Positions 37,745-48,341 of a stretch of 64,000 nucleotides of DNA are shown here, in pieces. Source of the stretch: Syntrophorhabdaceae bacterium (GTDB taxonomy: Bacteria; Desulfobacterota; Syntrophorhabdia; Syntrophorhabdales; Syntrophorhabdaceae); assembly GCA_963665295.1 (NCBI GenBank), contig OY762209.1, positions 3,040,001 through 3,104,000 on the forward strand. The letters run 5' to 3'. The position numbers were made by a program, and so were the translations under genes. Every line of letters starts with the position of its first letter. Position 1 is the stretch's first letter. A model generated the notes under the pieces. The model did not search any database and was not told the origin of the DNA. It worked only from the letters and a program-made list of their open reading frames with translations.

Positions 37745-38797
37745 TTATTTCCAGTTGTCGGTCTGGGGCTGCGGGATCTGGTAGGACATGAGTGTCTGGA
37801 TGTGCCTGTTGAAGCCGTCCTCCCCGCTCCTCTCGAGCCTTTCTATTTCGGGCCGTATCTGTTTCATCGTGTTTTCGCTCAACACGACGTCGATAGGATA
37901 ATTCATGTATGAGCTCCGTCTCAGCAGCGAGTATGCCTGTCTCTGCTCCTTTGTGAGGGCGAGGAATCTGTCTAATTCCTGGAGCATGTATGCTTTCTTT
38001 TCATCCAGATACCCGTCCACCTGCATGAGAAGGTTGGGACTGTAGTCGCCGCAGGAGAAGTAACTGTGCATCTCGTCGAGATGGGCCACCAGGAGGCGAA
38101 TTTCGGCTACCATCTCATCATCGCTCATAGGCACGAAAATGCCTTCTTCCACCATTTTGTTCATGGGCGACAGGGGATGAAGGGCGAACGTACGGACCCT
38201 GATAAAATCGGGCCGAACGAGATTAAGGAGCCTTGCGGTTTCCAGGGCATGTTCCTCACTCAGGGTACGACCCCCGACACCGGGCATTATATACTCCGAA
38301 AGGGATATCCCCGCGGCCACGACGTTCATGCCGCCCTGCACGATGTCTTCGGGAGTGATGCCCTTCTTTATCATTTTGAGCACCTTCGCGGAGCCGCTTT
38401 CCAGTCCCGCGTGGATTCTCGTCAGACCGGCTTCCCTGAGTTCCTTCAACTCCTCGACACTCTTCTTGCGGAGGGTGGGAGCCCTGGCGTAAGTAGTGAC
38501 GCGTTTGATGGAAGGGAACTTCTCCTTTAGATAGCGGAGTACCTCGAGCACATCTGCCGTGGGGAGAAGAAGGCTGTCACCGTCCTGGAGAAAGGCCGAC
38601 TCCATATGGCCATATCCGCGTAAGTCCGCTGCCATGGCGTCGATGTCCCGTTTTACCTCTTCCACCGTCCTCTTGGAGAACTTTGTCCCTTTGTAGGCGG
38701 GGCAGAAAACGCACTGGTTCCAGGGACAGTTCCTCGTTACCCTCACGAGCAGACTGTTCGCCTCGCTCGGCGGTCTGATTACTCCTTGTTCGTACAT
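37745..38797 (-). CDS. Radical SAM protein of unknown function
   Basis: IRPPSEANSLL, CPWNQCVFC, FLQDGD and GLESGS. Confidence 0.88.
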   Translation of the reverse strand: MYEQGVIRPPSEANSLLVRVTRNCPWNQCVFCPAYKGTKFSKRTVEEVKRDIDAMAADLRGYGHMESAFLQDGDSLLLPTADVLEVLRYLKEKFPSIKRVTTYARAPTLRKKSVEELKELREAGLTRIHAGLESGSAKVLKMIKKGITPEDIVQGGMNVVAAGISLSEYIMPGVGGRTLSEEHALETARLLNLVRPDFIRVRTFALHPLSPMNKMVEEGIFVPMSDDEMVAEIRLLVAHLDEMHSYFSCGDYSPNLLMQVDGYLDEKKAYMLQELDRFLALTKEQRQAYSLLRRSSYMNYPIDVVLSENTMKQIRPEIERLERSGEDGFNRHIQTLMSYQIPQPQTDNWK

Positions 38798-38947
38798 GAT
38801 TGTCTCCTATGATTATATCCGTCTCCTCAAATATACCGGTTTATGGCGCGTAATTCAAGTGCGGGCGGCCAACCGTGCCTTCGTCGCAGATTGCGTGTTC
38901 ACGGGGTTTGTCGAAGGAAAGGGCCGTCCATGGTTCCGTGAGTTGCC

Positions 38948-41188
38948 TCACGAGTCCCTGTTCTCCCCTGCCGGGAGACTGAAGCTGAAGGTGCTCCCCT
39001 TTCCCCATACGCTCACAACGCCAATGTCTCCGTCCATCAACCGGACAAGCCTCTTGCATATGGAGAGCCCCAGCCCGGTCCCCTCGTATTTGCGGGTTAA
39101 ACCGCTGTCCACCTGAAGAAAGGGTTTGAAGACCTTATCGATGTCTTCATCATGAATGCCCACGCCCGTGTCCGTCACGGCGGTGATGACCGTTCCCGGA
39201 CCCGCCGAGCAAACCACGGTCACGCTTCCCTCCTCGGTAAATTTGACGGCATTACTCAAGAGGTTGAGAAGCACCTGTTCAAACCGCCGCATGTCACCTA
39301 CTATGGCGTCCACGTCCGGAGCAACGTGTATGGTCAAGGCGAGACCTTTCTTCTCGGCGAGAGGTCGGATGGCCTGCTCGACTTTTGTAATCGATGCGGG
39401 CAGACTGAACGGGGCGCGCTCGACTTGGAGCTGCCCGGCCTCTATTTTTGAAATATCGAGCACATCATTGATAAGCGACAGGAGGTGGCTTGCGCTGGCG
39501 CGTACCATGCCCAACTGTTTCTTCTGTTCTTCATTCAATTCCCCGACGAGTCCCTGCAACAGGATGCCGGTAAACCCTATGATAGAGTTGAGGGGCGTGC
39601 GAAGTTCATGGGACATGGTGGCAAGAAAGGCCGATTTCACCCTGTCAGCCGCTTCGGCAGCCTCTTTTGCCGACTTCAGTTCCGCAGTGCGTTCCTCGAC
39701 CCTGAATTCCAGTTCCGCCCTCGACCGCTCAAGGTCGACCATGGCCTTCTCCCTTTCGTTCTGGAACTTGAGCGTCATAATGCCATGGGCAATATTCCTT
39801 CCCAATTCGTCGAGAAGGGCAACTTCGGTGGAATCAAAGGCCTCGGCCTCTGCCGCATAGATGACCAGCGCGCCGAGAACCTCATCCTCAATGATGAGAG
39901 GTATGGCTATTACAGACCTGTAATCGCGGGTAAGAATCATTTCCCGCCATGTTTCGAAATTAGGATTATTGAGCAGGTCGGCGCCGACAATAGGCTTGCG
40001 TGTCCGGATAGCCGGTCCTGCCGCTCCTCTTCCATACTTATTGTCGGCCCAACTGATAGGTATCCTGTCCAGAAATCCCTCTCCGGAGCCACGAAAGGCG
40101 ACGGGGCGAACGGTTTTAGCCGGGTCGGATTCCGCCCTGCCTACCCACGCGAGGGGGTAACCTGCCGAATTGACGGCAATTTCACAGATCGCATTGAACA
40201 ACGACTGTTCGTCTTCAGCATGAACGACCGCGCTGTCGCATTGCAAGAGCATCTTGAGGGCCCGGTTTTTTTGGCTCAATGCCTTTTCTACGTCCACCCG
40301 TTCGTCGATCTCCTTCCTCAAGGCGCTGTGTATCCGCGTGAGCTGAAAGAAGAGGACGGAGCAGCTCAGGCTGAGGATGCATCCGAACAGAAGAAACACG
40401 GACTTCAGGGGGTTAAACCGCGACCATCCGTTGACAGGGAGCGCCGCTATCTGCCAGTTCCCCGACGGCAGTGTAATGCTCATAACCACGGGGTTCAGGG
40501 AGAATATCCCTCGATCGCCCCAGAATACCGTGCCGTCGTCGCCCCGAAGTGCAAAGCGGATATTCCCGTCCTCATTGCGGCCGAGTCCGGCGCTCCGGAT
40601 CAGGGTATTGAAATCGATGACCACCGAGGCTATGCCCCAATAACGCGGTCCAGGGTTTGAAGAGCGGGAATCTCTCACGAACACAGGCGTACGGCTGATT
40701 ATACCCAGACCTCCCTGCATGAGGTTCAGGGGCCCTGCGACGACTGTTTTTTTATCCCTGATGGCCTTCAATACCGCTTCGCGCTGGGCAGGATTGCGGA
40801 GATAATCGAGACCCAGAACGCGTTCATTTCCCTTCATGGGATAGACAAACCGGACGACGTTCCCGGGCGCGAGGGCTACATTTATGATCCGGGGCTCACC
40901 GGCCACGATTTCCTGCGCCACGGACTGAAACCGGGCGTCTGTGATACCGTCCTGGATCTTCACCAGGGCAACGAGTCCCTGCGAAAGATGGATGAGGGAA
41001 TCAAGCTGCCGGCTGATTTCTCCCCGCGCCTCGTCCAACCTCACAGAGACGGCCATGCGCTCGCGGCCGACATCGGCCCTATGGTGTAACAGGGCAAACC
41101 GGTAGCTGAGGAACAGCCCGGTCAGGAGTATTAACAAAGAGAGAGGAGCAGCGATATATTTCTCTTCAAAAGGACGCTTCGTTTTCAT
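38948..41188 (-). CDS. CHASE-GAF sensor histidine kinase
   Basis: TM-CHASE (LGLDY, AGPLNLMQGG, YWG)-TM, GAF, SAFLATMSHELRTPLNSIIGF and HATPase. Confidence 0.92.
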   Translation of the reverse strand: MKTKRPFEEKYIAAPLSLLILLTGLFLSYRFALLHHRADVGRERMAVSVRLDEARGEISRQLDSLIHLSQGLVALVKIQDGITDARFQSVAQEIVAGEPRIINVALAPGNVVRFVYPMKGNERVLGLDYLRNPAQREAVLKAIRDKKTVVAGPLNLMQGGLGIISRTPVFVRDSRSSNPGPRYWGIASVVIDFNTLIRSAGLGRNEDGNIRFALRGDDGTVFWGDRGIFSLNPVVMSITLPSGNWQIAALPVNGWSRFNPLKSVFLLFGCILSLSCSVLFFQLTRIHSALRKEIDERVDVEKALSQKNRALKMLLQCDSAVVHAEDEQSLFNAICEIAVNSAGYPLAWVGRAESDPAKTVRPVAFRGSGEGFLDRIPISWADNKYGRGAAGPAIRTRKPIVGADLLNNPNFETWREMILTRDYRSVIAIPLIIEDEVLGALVIYAAEAEAFDSTEVALLDELGRNIAHGIMTLKFQNEREKAMVDLERSRAELEFRVEERTAELKSAKEAAEAADRVKSAFLATMSHELRTPLNSIIGFTGILLQGLVGELNEEQKKQLGMVRASASHLLSLINDVLDISKIEAGQLQVERAPFSLPASITKVEQAIRPLAEKKGLALTIHVAPDVDAIVGDMRRFEQVLLNLLSNAVKFTEEGSVTVVCSAGPGTVITAVTDTGVGIHDEDIDKVFKPFLQVDSGLTRKYEGTGLGLSICKRLVRLMDGDIGVVSVWGKGSTFSFSLPAGENRDS

Positions 41189-41248
41189 AAGGGCATCACA
41201 TCCTCTTCTGTGATGCGGACAAGGCGAGTCGCAGGCGGGTGGCGGACA

Positions 41249-43309
41249 TTAAGGCTCCCCATCCAACACTTTTCTTATCTGCCTCAGAAACGTATATGGG
41301 GTGTAAGGCTTTGAGAGGAGAGGCAGCCCTCTTCCTCTGATTTCGCCCCGCTCCACCTCATCTTCACTGTAGCCCGTCACGAAGAGTACTTTCATCGGGG
41401 CCTCTTCTTCGATCTTCCGGTATACGTCGAAGCCTCGCCTGCCGGGCATTATCAAATCGAGAATCACCAGGTCGATGGACGCCTTGTTTGCCCTGAACGC
41501 GGACAGGGCTTCCTCCCCGTCCGCCGCGGGGATGACCCTGTACCCGTAGCTTTCGAGGACGCTTATGGTCATCTTCCTCAACACGTCATTGTCCTCCGCG
41601 ATCAGTATCGTTTCGGACCCGCCTTTACCGGCCCCTTCCTCCGACGTCGGCCCTCCGCCGTCAGCGTTTCCCTTCAGAAGGGGCAGGTACACGGTGAAGA
41701 GGGACCCGGTCCCAGGTGTGCTATCCACGAAGATCATGCCTTTGTGCTGTCTGATAATACCGTAGACGACCGAAAGGCCCAACCCGGTGCCCTTGCCGGT
41801 TTCCTTGGTGGTGAAAAAGGGTTCGAAAATCTTTCGTTTTGTTTCGCTGTCCATACCCGTACCACTGTCGCGGATGGCGATCGTTGCGTAATGTCCCGCT
41901 TCTCCATCGCCGTGTTGCCGGACAAAAGTCTCATCGATGATGGCGGCGCCCGTGCTTATCGTCAGCGACCCCCCTGAAGGCATGGCGTCCCGCGCATTCG
42001 TAACGAGATTGATCACCACCTGTTCCACCTGATTTGCGTCGGCCAGAACCGGCAGCCGGGTAGGTTTCAAATCGAAGCTGAGGGTGATGTCTTCGCGAAT
42101 GAGGCGTCGCAGCATCTTCTCGAGGTTCGTGAGCGTGGTGTTCAGGTCCACGGGTTTCATGTCCAATATCTGTTTTCGGCTGAAAGCGAGTAACTGGTGA
42201 GTGAGCGCAGCCCCCCGCATGCCCGCCGATGCGAGTTCCTTGACGTAGGAAAGGAGCGGATCGGCCCCGTCCATTCTCATTTGGAGCAATCCGGCAAAAC
42301 CCGTTATGGTGGTGAGGATGTTGTTGAAGTCGTGCGCGATGCCTCCTGCGAGGTTGCCCACGCTCTCCAGCTTCTGAGCCTGGTTGAGTTGTTCCTCCAA
42401 CTGCTTCCTTTCGGTGACATCCGTAAATATGCCCAGATGAAGGGTCCCGATCACTGCCCCGATCACCGACATATCCCGGGCTGAACCATCCTTGCAGGTA
42501 ACGCGCACATCGAAAACAGGCGTCGGCGTTCCGCTTTTGCGTGCCGTCTCGATCGCGTTCTCCCAGGAGGAAATAAAGGACTTGCTCGTCATACCGGGGG
42601 GGATCAGAGAAGACCAGTCCTCGTCCGGAGGAATGTCCTCGGCGACAAAGCCGAATAACTCCGTGAACTTGCCGTTTACGTACCGGATGCCGTCCTTGGT
42701 ATCCATCCAGGCGAGTCCCACGGGCAACGTATTGAGAAGGGTCCGCAACCTCTCTTCACTCTGGCGAAGGCTGTTTTCTGTGAGAGTCCGTTTCCGGATC
42801 TCCTCTCTCAATGTGCGGTTCGTGTCCTCCAGGTCGGTCACCTTCTTTTCCAGTTTATGGAAAAGTGTCTCGTTGTGCTTCTTGAGAAATTCCATCTCTT
42901 CTTCAAGGGATCGCTCTGAAGAAACAGGTTCGCCCGCCTCGCCGTGGGCAAGTACGTTCTTCAGGGACGAAAGGAGCGCGTCGCTTTCAAGGGGTTTCAG
43001 GAGGAATTGGTCGGCGCCGAGACTCAGCCCGAACTGGATGTCCTTCGGCTCCGTATAGGTGGCCGTGTAAAATACAAAGGGTATCTCCTTCAGCCGTTCG
43101 TGGGCTCTCCACTCTTTGCAGAGAGCGAAGCCGTCCATGACGGGCATGAGGATGTCGGAAACGATCAGATCCGGCGGAGAGGCCAGGGCCATTTCCAGGG
43201 CTTCCTTGCCGTTTGTGGCCAGGGCTATATCGAACCCGTTATTTCCCAAAAGGATTTCAAGCATGTACCGGTTTTCGAAATTATCATCCACTATGAGGAT
43301 CTTGGTCAT
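41249..43309 (-). CDS. Hybrid REC-PAS-histidine kinase-REC protein
   Basis: N-terminal REC (DILMPVMDG), [20 protein letters not shown] and C-terminal REC (DLIMP). Confidence 0.92.
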   Translation of the reverse strand: MTKILIVDDNFENRYMLEILLGNNGFDIALATNGKEALEMALASPPDLIVSDILMPVMDGFALCKEWRAHERLKEIPFVFYTATYTEPKDIQFGLSLGADQFLLKPLESDALLSSLKNVLAHGEAGEPVSSERSLEEEMEFLKKHNETLFHKLEKKVTDLEDTNRTLREEIRKRTLTENSLRQSEERLRTLLNTLPVGLAWMDTKDGIRYVNGKFTELFGFVAEDIPPDEDWSSLIPPGMTSKSFISSWENAIETARKSGTPTPVFDVRVTCKDGSARDMSVIGAVIGTLHLGIFTDVTERKQLEEQLNQAQKLESVGNLAGGIAHDFNNILTTITGFAGLLQMRMDGADPLLSYVKELASAGMRGAALTHQLLAFSRKQILDMKPVDLNTTLTNLEKMLRRLIREDITLSFDLKPTRLPVLADANQVEQVVINLVTNARDAMPSGGSLTISTGAAIIDETFVRQHGDGEAGHYATIAIRDSGTGMDSETKRKIFEPFFTTKETGKGTGLGLSVVYGIIRQHKGMIFVDSTPGTGSLFTVYLPLLKGNADGGGPTSEEGAGKGGSETILIAEDNDVLRKMTISVLESYGYRVIPAADGEEALSAFRANKASIDLVILDLIMPGRRGFDVYRKIEEEAPMKVLFVTGYSEDEVERGEIRGRGLPLLSKPYTPYTFLRQIRKVLDGEP

Positions 43310-43322
43310 CCCGCTTCCTCCG

Positions 43323-43700
43323 TCAGCTTTTTTTGTGTATTAAATGCTCCTCCACCTGGCCCACGAAGGTATCCGGGTTTATCGGCTTCTCGATGTAGCC
43401 TGTGCAACCCGACTCAAGTGCCTTTTCCCGATCGCCCAGCATGGCATAGGAAGTAACGGCTACGATGGGGGTCCGGGATAACTGGGGATAAGTTCTTAGA
43501 TCGCGGGCAACCGCATAGCCATCCATGACAGGGAGTTGAATGTCGAGGAGGATGAGATCGGGCATCACCTTCACGGCGGTTTCAATGCCGCTCCGCCCGT
43601 CAAGGGCCTTTTCTATCTGGTAACCATGCTTTTCCAGGAGAAACGTGAGAAGATAAAGATTCTGCTCGTTATCCTCTATGATGAGAATTCTTGGTTTCAT
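43323..43700 (-). CDS. Single-domain response regulator (DivK-like)
   Basis: ILIIEDN, DIQLPVMDG and YIEKP. The start at ATG 43700 overlaps the upstream stop. Confidence 0.92.
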   Translation of the reverse strand: MKPRILIIEDNEQNLYLLTFLLEKHGYQIEKALDGRSGIETAVKVMPDLILLDIQLPVMDGYAVARDLRTYPQLSRTPIVAVTSYAMLGDREKALESGCTGYIEKPINPDTFVGQVEEHLIHKKS

Positions 43701-46258
43701 GATATGCTCCTTTCTAATGGTAGAGTGAAGCAAAAAGTACTCCCGGCGCCCCACTTGCTGGTTACCCATATTTTGCCGCCCAGCAGTGTGAGCAGTCTCC
43801 GGCATATATAGAGGCCCAAACCGGTCCCCTCGAACTTCCTCGCGGTTCCTGAATCAACCTGCTGGAAGGCCCTGAAGAGCTTGGGTATGTCCTCGTCTCT
43901 TATACCTATCCCCGAGTCGGTAACGGAAATCCGCGCCGACGAGTCGATTCTGGAACACTCCACATGAACCTCTCCGTGCTCGGTAAACTTGATAGCGTTG
44001 CTGAGAAGGTTCAGAAGCACCTGTTCCACCCTCCTGCGGTCGCTGACCAATGTATCGATCCCGGGCGAGATGTCGGTTGAGATGACCAGTCCTTTTCGGT
44101 CCGACGCGGGGCGGGAGGACTGTACCGTCTTGTCGATGAGAGCCCTCAAACTGAAGGGTTCGGCGGATACCTGGAGTTGTCCTGCCTCGATTTTGGATAT
44201 ATCGAGTACGTCATTGATCAGAGAGAGGAGATGGGTTGCGCTGTTGTAGACCATATTGAGCTGTTTTGCCTGCTCTTCGTTGAGGGCACCCACGTATCCT
44301 TTCAGTATTATGCCGGTAAATCCTATAATCGAATTAAGGGGCGTGCGGAGTTCGTGGGACATGGTCGCGAGAAAGGCGGACTTCAGTCTGTCCGCTGCTT
44401 CCGCCCTGTCCCTGGCGGCCGCCAGTTCATCGAGGGTTGTCTTGAGGCGGTCTTCCACCAGCTTTCGTGGGGTTATATCGTTTCCCACGGAGAGGATCTG
44501 CGAAATCCGTCCGTCTGCGTCGACGATTGCCCTGTTTGTCCAGGCTACCCAAACCTTGTCACCGTTCTTTTTGACATTCCCCTTTTCGTTGAGAAGGTAA
44601 GGCTCGGAGTCCCCGGGGGTGTTCCCTTCCGGGGGGCGGGGATTCTTCTGCGCCGATTTATCGGCGGGCACAATGGTCCCAAGTATGCTTCGCCCTATGA
44701 TCTCGTCATCGGAAAAACCGAAGAACTCCCTCGCGAACCTATTGATGAAGATCACCTCACCCTCCGCTGTCCACCGGAGTATCACGCTGTCGGCGCCTTC
44801 CACCAGGTCGCGGTATTTTGCCTCACTCTCAAGAAGGACCCCTTCGACTCTCCGTCTTTCATCGACCTCGGCGGCCAGGACGGCGTTTACTTCCCGAAGC
44901 TCAGCAGTGCGTTCCCCTACCTTGGCTTCCAGGTCCCTCTGATATTCGCCCAACTGGAGTTCAGCCACCTTTCTCTCTGTTATATCGATGCCCGTTCCCA
45001 CGACATAGGGATCTCCGTGGACTTCGATGCGCCTGCCCGTAAAGAAGAAATGACGAGCCCCGTCCTTGGCCTGTATGCGCCCTTCGGCCTCAAATTCTCC
45101 ATTTTCGAAGGCTTGAGCGATCCGGCCCATTATCCGTTCTCTATCGTCTTCGTGTATATTCCGTAAACTGTCCGGTCCCGTCCCTTCCTCCCGGCAGAGG
45201 TCATTCAGGTCTTCCAGGAAATGGTTACACCGCACCAATTCTCCCTTCCCGTCGATGACATAGAACGCTCCGGGGATGCTGTTGATGACAATGTCGTTAA
45301 AGGCTATTTCCGCCTGCACGGCCTCACCGGAACGTCTCCTCTCGCTCACCACAACGGACAGAAAGAGCGCTGTCGCGGCGATTACGCCTATATAGGACTG
45401 AATTACGATCAGGGAGTCCCTGAAATATCCATGGGCGGAAGGGTTCGATGTTGCTGTGGCGCTGTAGACGGCGATGGCCGACATCACCGTTACCGCGAGC
45501 GAAGTCTCGGCAAGGCTGAAACGAATGGTCGTCCAGAGCAAAACAGGGATGATCAAAAACTGGAGCGGGTATCCCCGGACAAAAGCAGTCCAGGATATTG
45601 CCACGAGCAGGGCAAACGCCACGACGGCCTCGACGATTCTCTCATATCCCTGCAACGAATACTCCCGCGCTCTCCAGGAGAGAAGGAGCGGTGCAATGAG
45701 GACCGCGCCTGTGGAGTCTCCCAGCCACCAGGTAACCCAGGCAGACCGGAAGATGCTCCAGTTACCCGTGGCGGCGCACAAACTGGTTACGCCTATGGTG
45801 GCGCTGAGCACGGCGCCCGGAAGTACACCGAAGACCACGAATATGAGGGTGGTCCTCATATTTTCAAAAACATACCCATTTCCCACAAAACGGCGGACAA
45901 GAAAGGCCCCCGTTACCGCTTCCAGCGTGTTTCCGGCGGCAGTGAGGAAAGCGGCGGCGGAAGTAGCGTCGATCCCGAGGCTAAAACCTTTTAAAACAAA
46001 GATGTTTGCCAGGAAAGCCCCGACAAATATTCCCGGGCTGACACGGTATCCAAGACAAAGAACGGCCGCAAGAGCGATGCCTGCGGGAGGCCAGACAGGA
46101 CTCGCGTTGGTGTGCTGAAGGGCCAGGAAGAGAGAAAACGTGGCTGATATGAAGTAGATGATGCCGACGGCGATGGTCCGCACCAATGTAATAGTTGCCG
46201 TCGTTGCCGGTGGGAAGGGGTATCCGTCGCCAGGTATCCTTGCAGAGTGTTCAAGCAC
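43697..46258 (-). CDS. MASE1-PAS-PAS sensor histidine kinase
   Basis: MASE1 (SPVWPPAGI, WWLGD), two PAS domains, SAFLATMSHELRTPL and HATPase. Confidence 0.92.
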   Translation of the reverse strand: MLEHSARIPGDGYPFPPATTATITLVRTIAVGIIYFISATFSLFLALQHTNASPVWPPAGIALAAVLCLGYRVSPGIFVGAFLANIFVLKGFSLGIDATSAAAFLTAAGNTLEAVTGAFLVRRFVGNGYVFENMRTTLIFVVFGVLPGAVLSATIGVTSLCAATGNWSIFRSAWVTWWLGDSTGAVLIAPLLLSWRAREYSLQGYERIVEAVVAFALLVAISWTAFVRGYPLQFLIIPVLLWTTIRFSLAETSLAVTVMSAIAVYSATATSNPSAHGYFRDSLIVIQSYIGVIAATALFLSVVVSERRRSGEAVQAEIAFNDIVINSIPGAFYVIDGKGELVRCNHFLEDLNDLCREEGTGPDSLRNIHEDDRERIMGRIAQAFENGEFEAEGRIQAKDGARHFFFTGRRIEVHGDPYVVGTGIDITERKVAELQLGEYQRDLEAKVGERTAELREVNAVLAAEVDERRRVEGVLLESEAKYRDLVEGADSVILRWTAEGEVIFINRFAREFFGFSDDEIIGRSILGTIVPADKSAQKNPRPPEGNTPGDSEPYLLNEKGNVKKNGDKVWVAWTNRAIVDADGRISQILSVGNDITPRKLVEDRLKTTLDELAAARDRAEAADRLKSAFLATMSHELRTPLNSIIGFTGIILKGYVGALNEEQAKQLNMVYNSATHLLSLINDVLDISKIEAGQLQVSAEPFSLRALIDKTVQSSRPASDRKGLVISTDISPGIDTLVSDRRRVEQVLLNLLSNAIKFTEHGEVHVECSRIDSSARISVTDSGIGIRDEDIPKLFRAFQQVDSGTARKFEGTGLGLYICRRLLTLLGGKIWVTSKWGAGSTFCFTLPLERSIS

Positions 46259-46437
46259 GAACTTTTCCTCCAGATAAACTTAGCCGGGCCCGTAAGCGGG
46301 CGTCACCGGCCGTTCAAACCCAAGGTTCCCACTCCTTCAGCGACCTGGTTTCGATGGTCGCGTCGGCTGAGCGATGCCAACTGACTATTGTCAAAGTATT
46401 ACGCGCGGTGAGGCAAAAAAGCAAGGGAATTAGTGAT

Positions 46438-48229
46438 CCATAATCCACCACCCCTCTCGCCCTTACCGCTGCTTTGCCCTCCATCCGAGCCGTCTTTCCC
46501 CACCACCCTTTAAATCGGAATCAAATATGAACCCTTCGTTCCGTTTCGTCTATCCAGACATGGCACACGCCTCTCTGACGGGTAAGATTTGGGCACACCC
46601 CTCCTTTCGCCGTCTCGTTCCACAAAGAGTCTCTTCCCCGCTTCTCATCATCTATCCCGAAAGTACAAGCTCCATGATGCGTTGCCGTGCTGCGAACAAT
46701 AATTCCAGGGAGGGGTGTTCTCTCGATATGCGGATCACAAGTTCCCTCGCGTGGGTCATGACCCTTCCCGGCAGGTTGATGAGGGAAAAGCGGATCGCCT
46801 TCATTCTCCTGGTGGCCCATGATCCTTTCAGCACCAGACGTTTCAATGCCGAATTGATATTAAAGGCGAGGACCATTATCCACCACCAGGCGGCATTCTC
46901 TCCGAACTTACCCGTTGGGAGTCTTCCCCCGGCAAGGTCCTCTTTCATGATAGAGTGGGCCTCCTCCGATTTCCCTGCCCGTTTATAATGCCACCGTATC
47001 AGTTCATCTCCTTCCATATCCCTGTTTGTGACGATGCCGAATATCCTGTAGCGCTTTTGTGTCATCATCATCGTAGGGAATGAGAGTTGCCCTTCCATGC
47101 CGGGAAGGATATCCTGTTTTAAAAGCTCACGGGTAGCGAAGTAGCGGTATTCCGGATCCTTTTTGCTGTGGCCGACCGCATTGGGTACGTAGCAGACTTC
47201 GGTCCACTCCCTTCCCGTCTCCTTTCCTTCTTTATAGAGAGGTCTCCACTCTTCTGCCTGGGCCACTGCCTTTTTGAACTCAGAGGTCACATCGGCGCCT
47301 ATGGCAAACTCGATCCTGCCGAAGCGTGTATTTTCGCCATTCTCGCAGTACTTCAGGAGGTCGTGTTGATACCCTGCGGTATCGGAACGGAGATAGACCT
47401 TCTCTACACCGGGAGGAAGCTTTGAGAGGGCTTCCTTGAATACTCTTAACTGTTCATGTCCCGCAGGGACATTGCCGTCCCTGAACTCGGTATGAAGAAT
47501 CAACTCCTGTTCCGCCCACCAGGTATTGAACGGTTGATAGGCCTTATGGTGTTTATAACTGAAGAGGGCGCTTCTCTTCAACGTCTCTATCAGGGTTGCA
47601 TCCATATCGAGGGTCGCGACCTTTGGGGAGGCGGACTTCACTATGGAGCAGATGAAATCCCGGTGTACCTTCATGAGGTTCATAAGATGCTCGTTCGGGG
47701 CGGGAATGAAGGCCTTCCCCTTTTCCCTCTTCTTCTCCTCCCGCGCATCATGGAAGGCGGAGAGATACCGGAATATCGGGGAAGGGGAAGGGAACGTGCG
47801 TTGCCGCTCCCGGGCTTTCCGTTCCTTGCGGGTAAGCCCTTTCTGTTCTATTCGCCGCACGACTCTGCACAGCCCCTCATCCTTTTCAAGGATAGTTACA
47901 TCGTCTACGCTGTCTCCTCCGGCAAGGTTCAGAAGAATGAGGGTGAGGATTATCTGCGTGTCTGTCCAGCCTTCACTCTTTATATGCATGTGAGCACCGA
48001 TCGAACCGGCGAGGCCCAAGGCCGATGCAAGGTCGAGGTAGAGGGGGAGCCCTGCGAGGGAGGTCATGCCTGTTTCTCTTTTCTCTTCTTCATACTTGTA
48101 CGGAAGGAGGCCCTGTGGCATAATTGATTCACCTCGTTGGTGATGGAATTTGGTGTGGTGACTACATTCTATCATCCCTATTCGTAGGGGCCAACGGGGT
48201 TTTTGATTATTTTTGGTGGGGGATTAAGG
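46438..48229 (-). mobile_element. Complete IS1380-family insertion sequence (1792 bp)
   Basis: TIRs CCATAATCCACCACC (46438-46452) and the reverse complement of 48215-48229, CCTTAATCCCCCACC (13/15 identical). Flanked by a TGAT duplication at 46434-46437 and 48230-48233. Confidence 0.88.
46652..48121 (-). CDS. IS1380-family DDE transposase
   Basis: TSLAGL, TLDMDAT, FRDGN, YLRSDTAG, YKRAGKSEE.H..K.D and FGENAAW. Confidence 0.9.
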   Translation of the reverse strand: MPQGLLPYKYEEEKRETGMTSLAGLPLYLDLASALGLAGSIGAHMHIKSEGWTDTQIILTLILLNLAGGDSVDDVTILEKDEGLCRVVRRIEQKGLTRKERKARERQRTFPSPSPIFRYLSAFHDAREEKKREKGKAFIPAPNEHLMNLMKVHRDFICSIVKSASPKVATLDMDATLIETLKRSALFSYKHHKAYQPFNTWWAEQELILHTEFRDGNVPAGHEQLRVFKEALSKLPPGVEKVYLRSDTAGYQHDLLKYCENGENTRFGRIEFAIGADVTSEFKKAVAQAEEWRPLYKEGKETGREWTEVCYVPNAVGHSKKDPEYRYFATRELLKQDILPGMEGQLSFPTMMMTQKRYRIFGIVTNRDMEGDELIRWHYKRAGKSEEAHSIMKEDLAGGRLPTGKFGENAAWWWIMVLAFNINSALKRLVLKGSWATRRMKAIRFSLINLPGRVMTHARELVIRISREHPSLELLFAARQRIMELVLSG

Positions 48230-48341
48230 TGATCCGGAACCGTCGCGCGACGAACCTGTCCGAAAAAGGTCAAATGGAAAAAACCTTTGAAGGATTGCGG
48301 CACTGTAGTAGAATGGGACCATAGACCTTTTGGAGGAAAAT

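Noticed and set aside
39485..40660. 391-aa plus-strand ORF
   Set aside because: Antisense shadow of the CHASE kinase.
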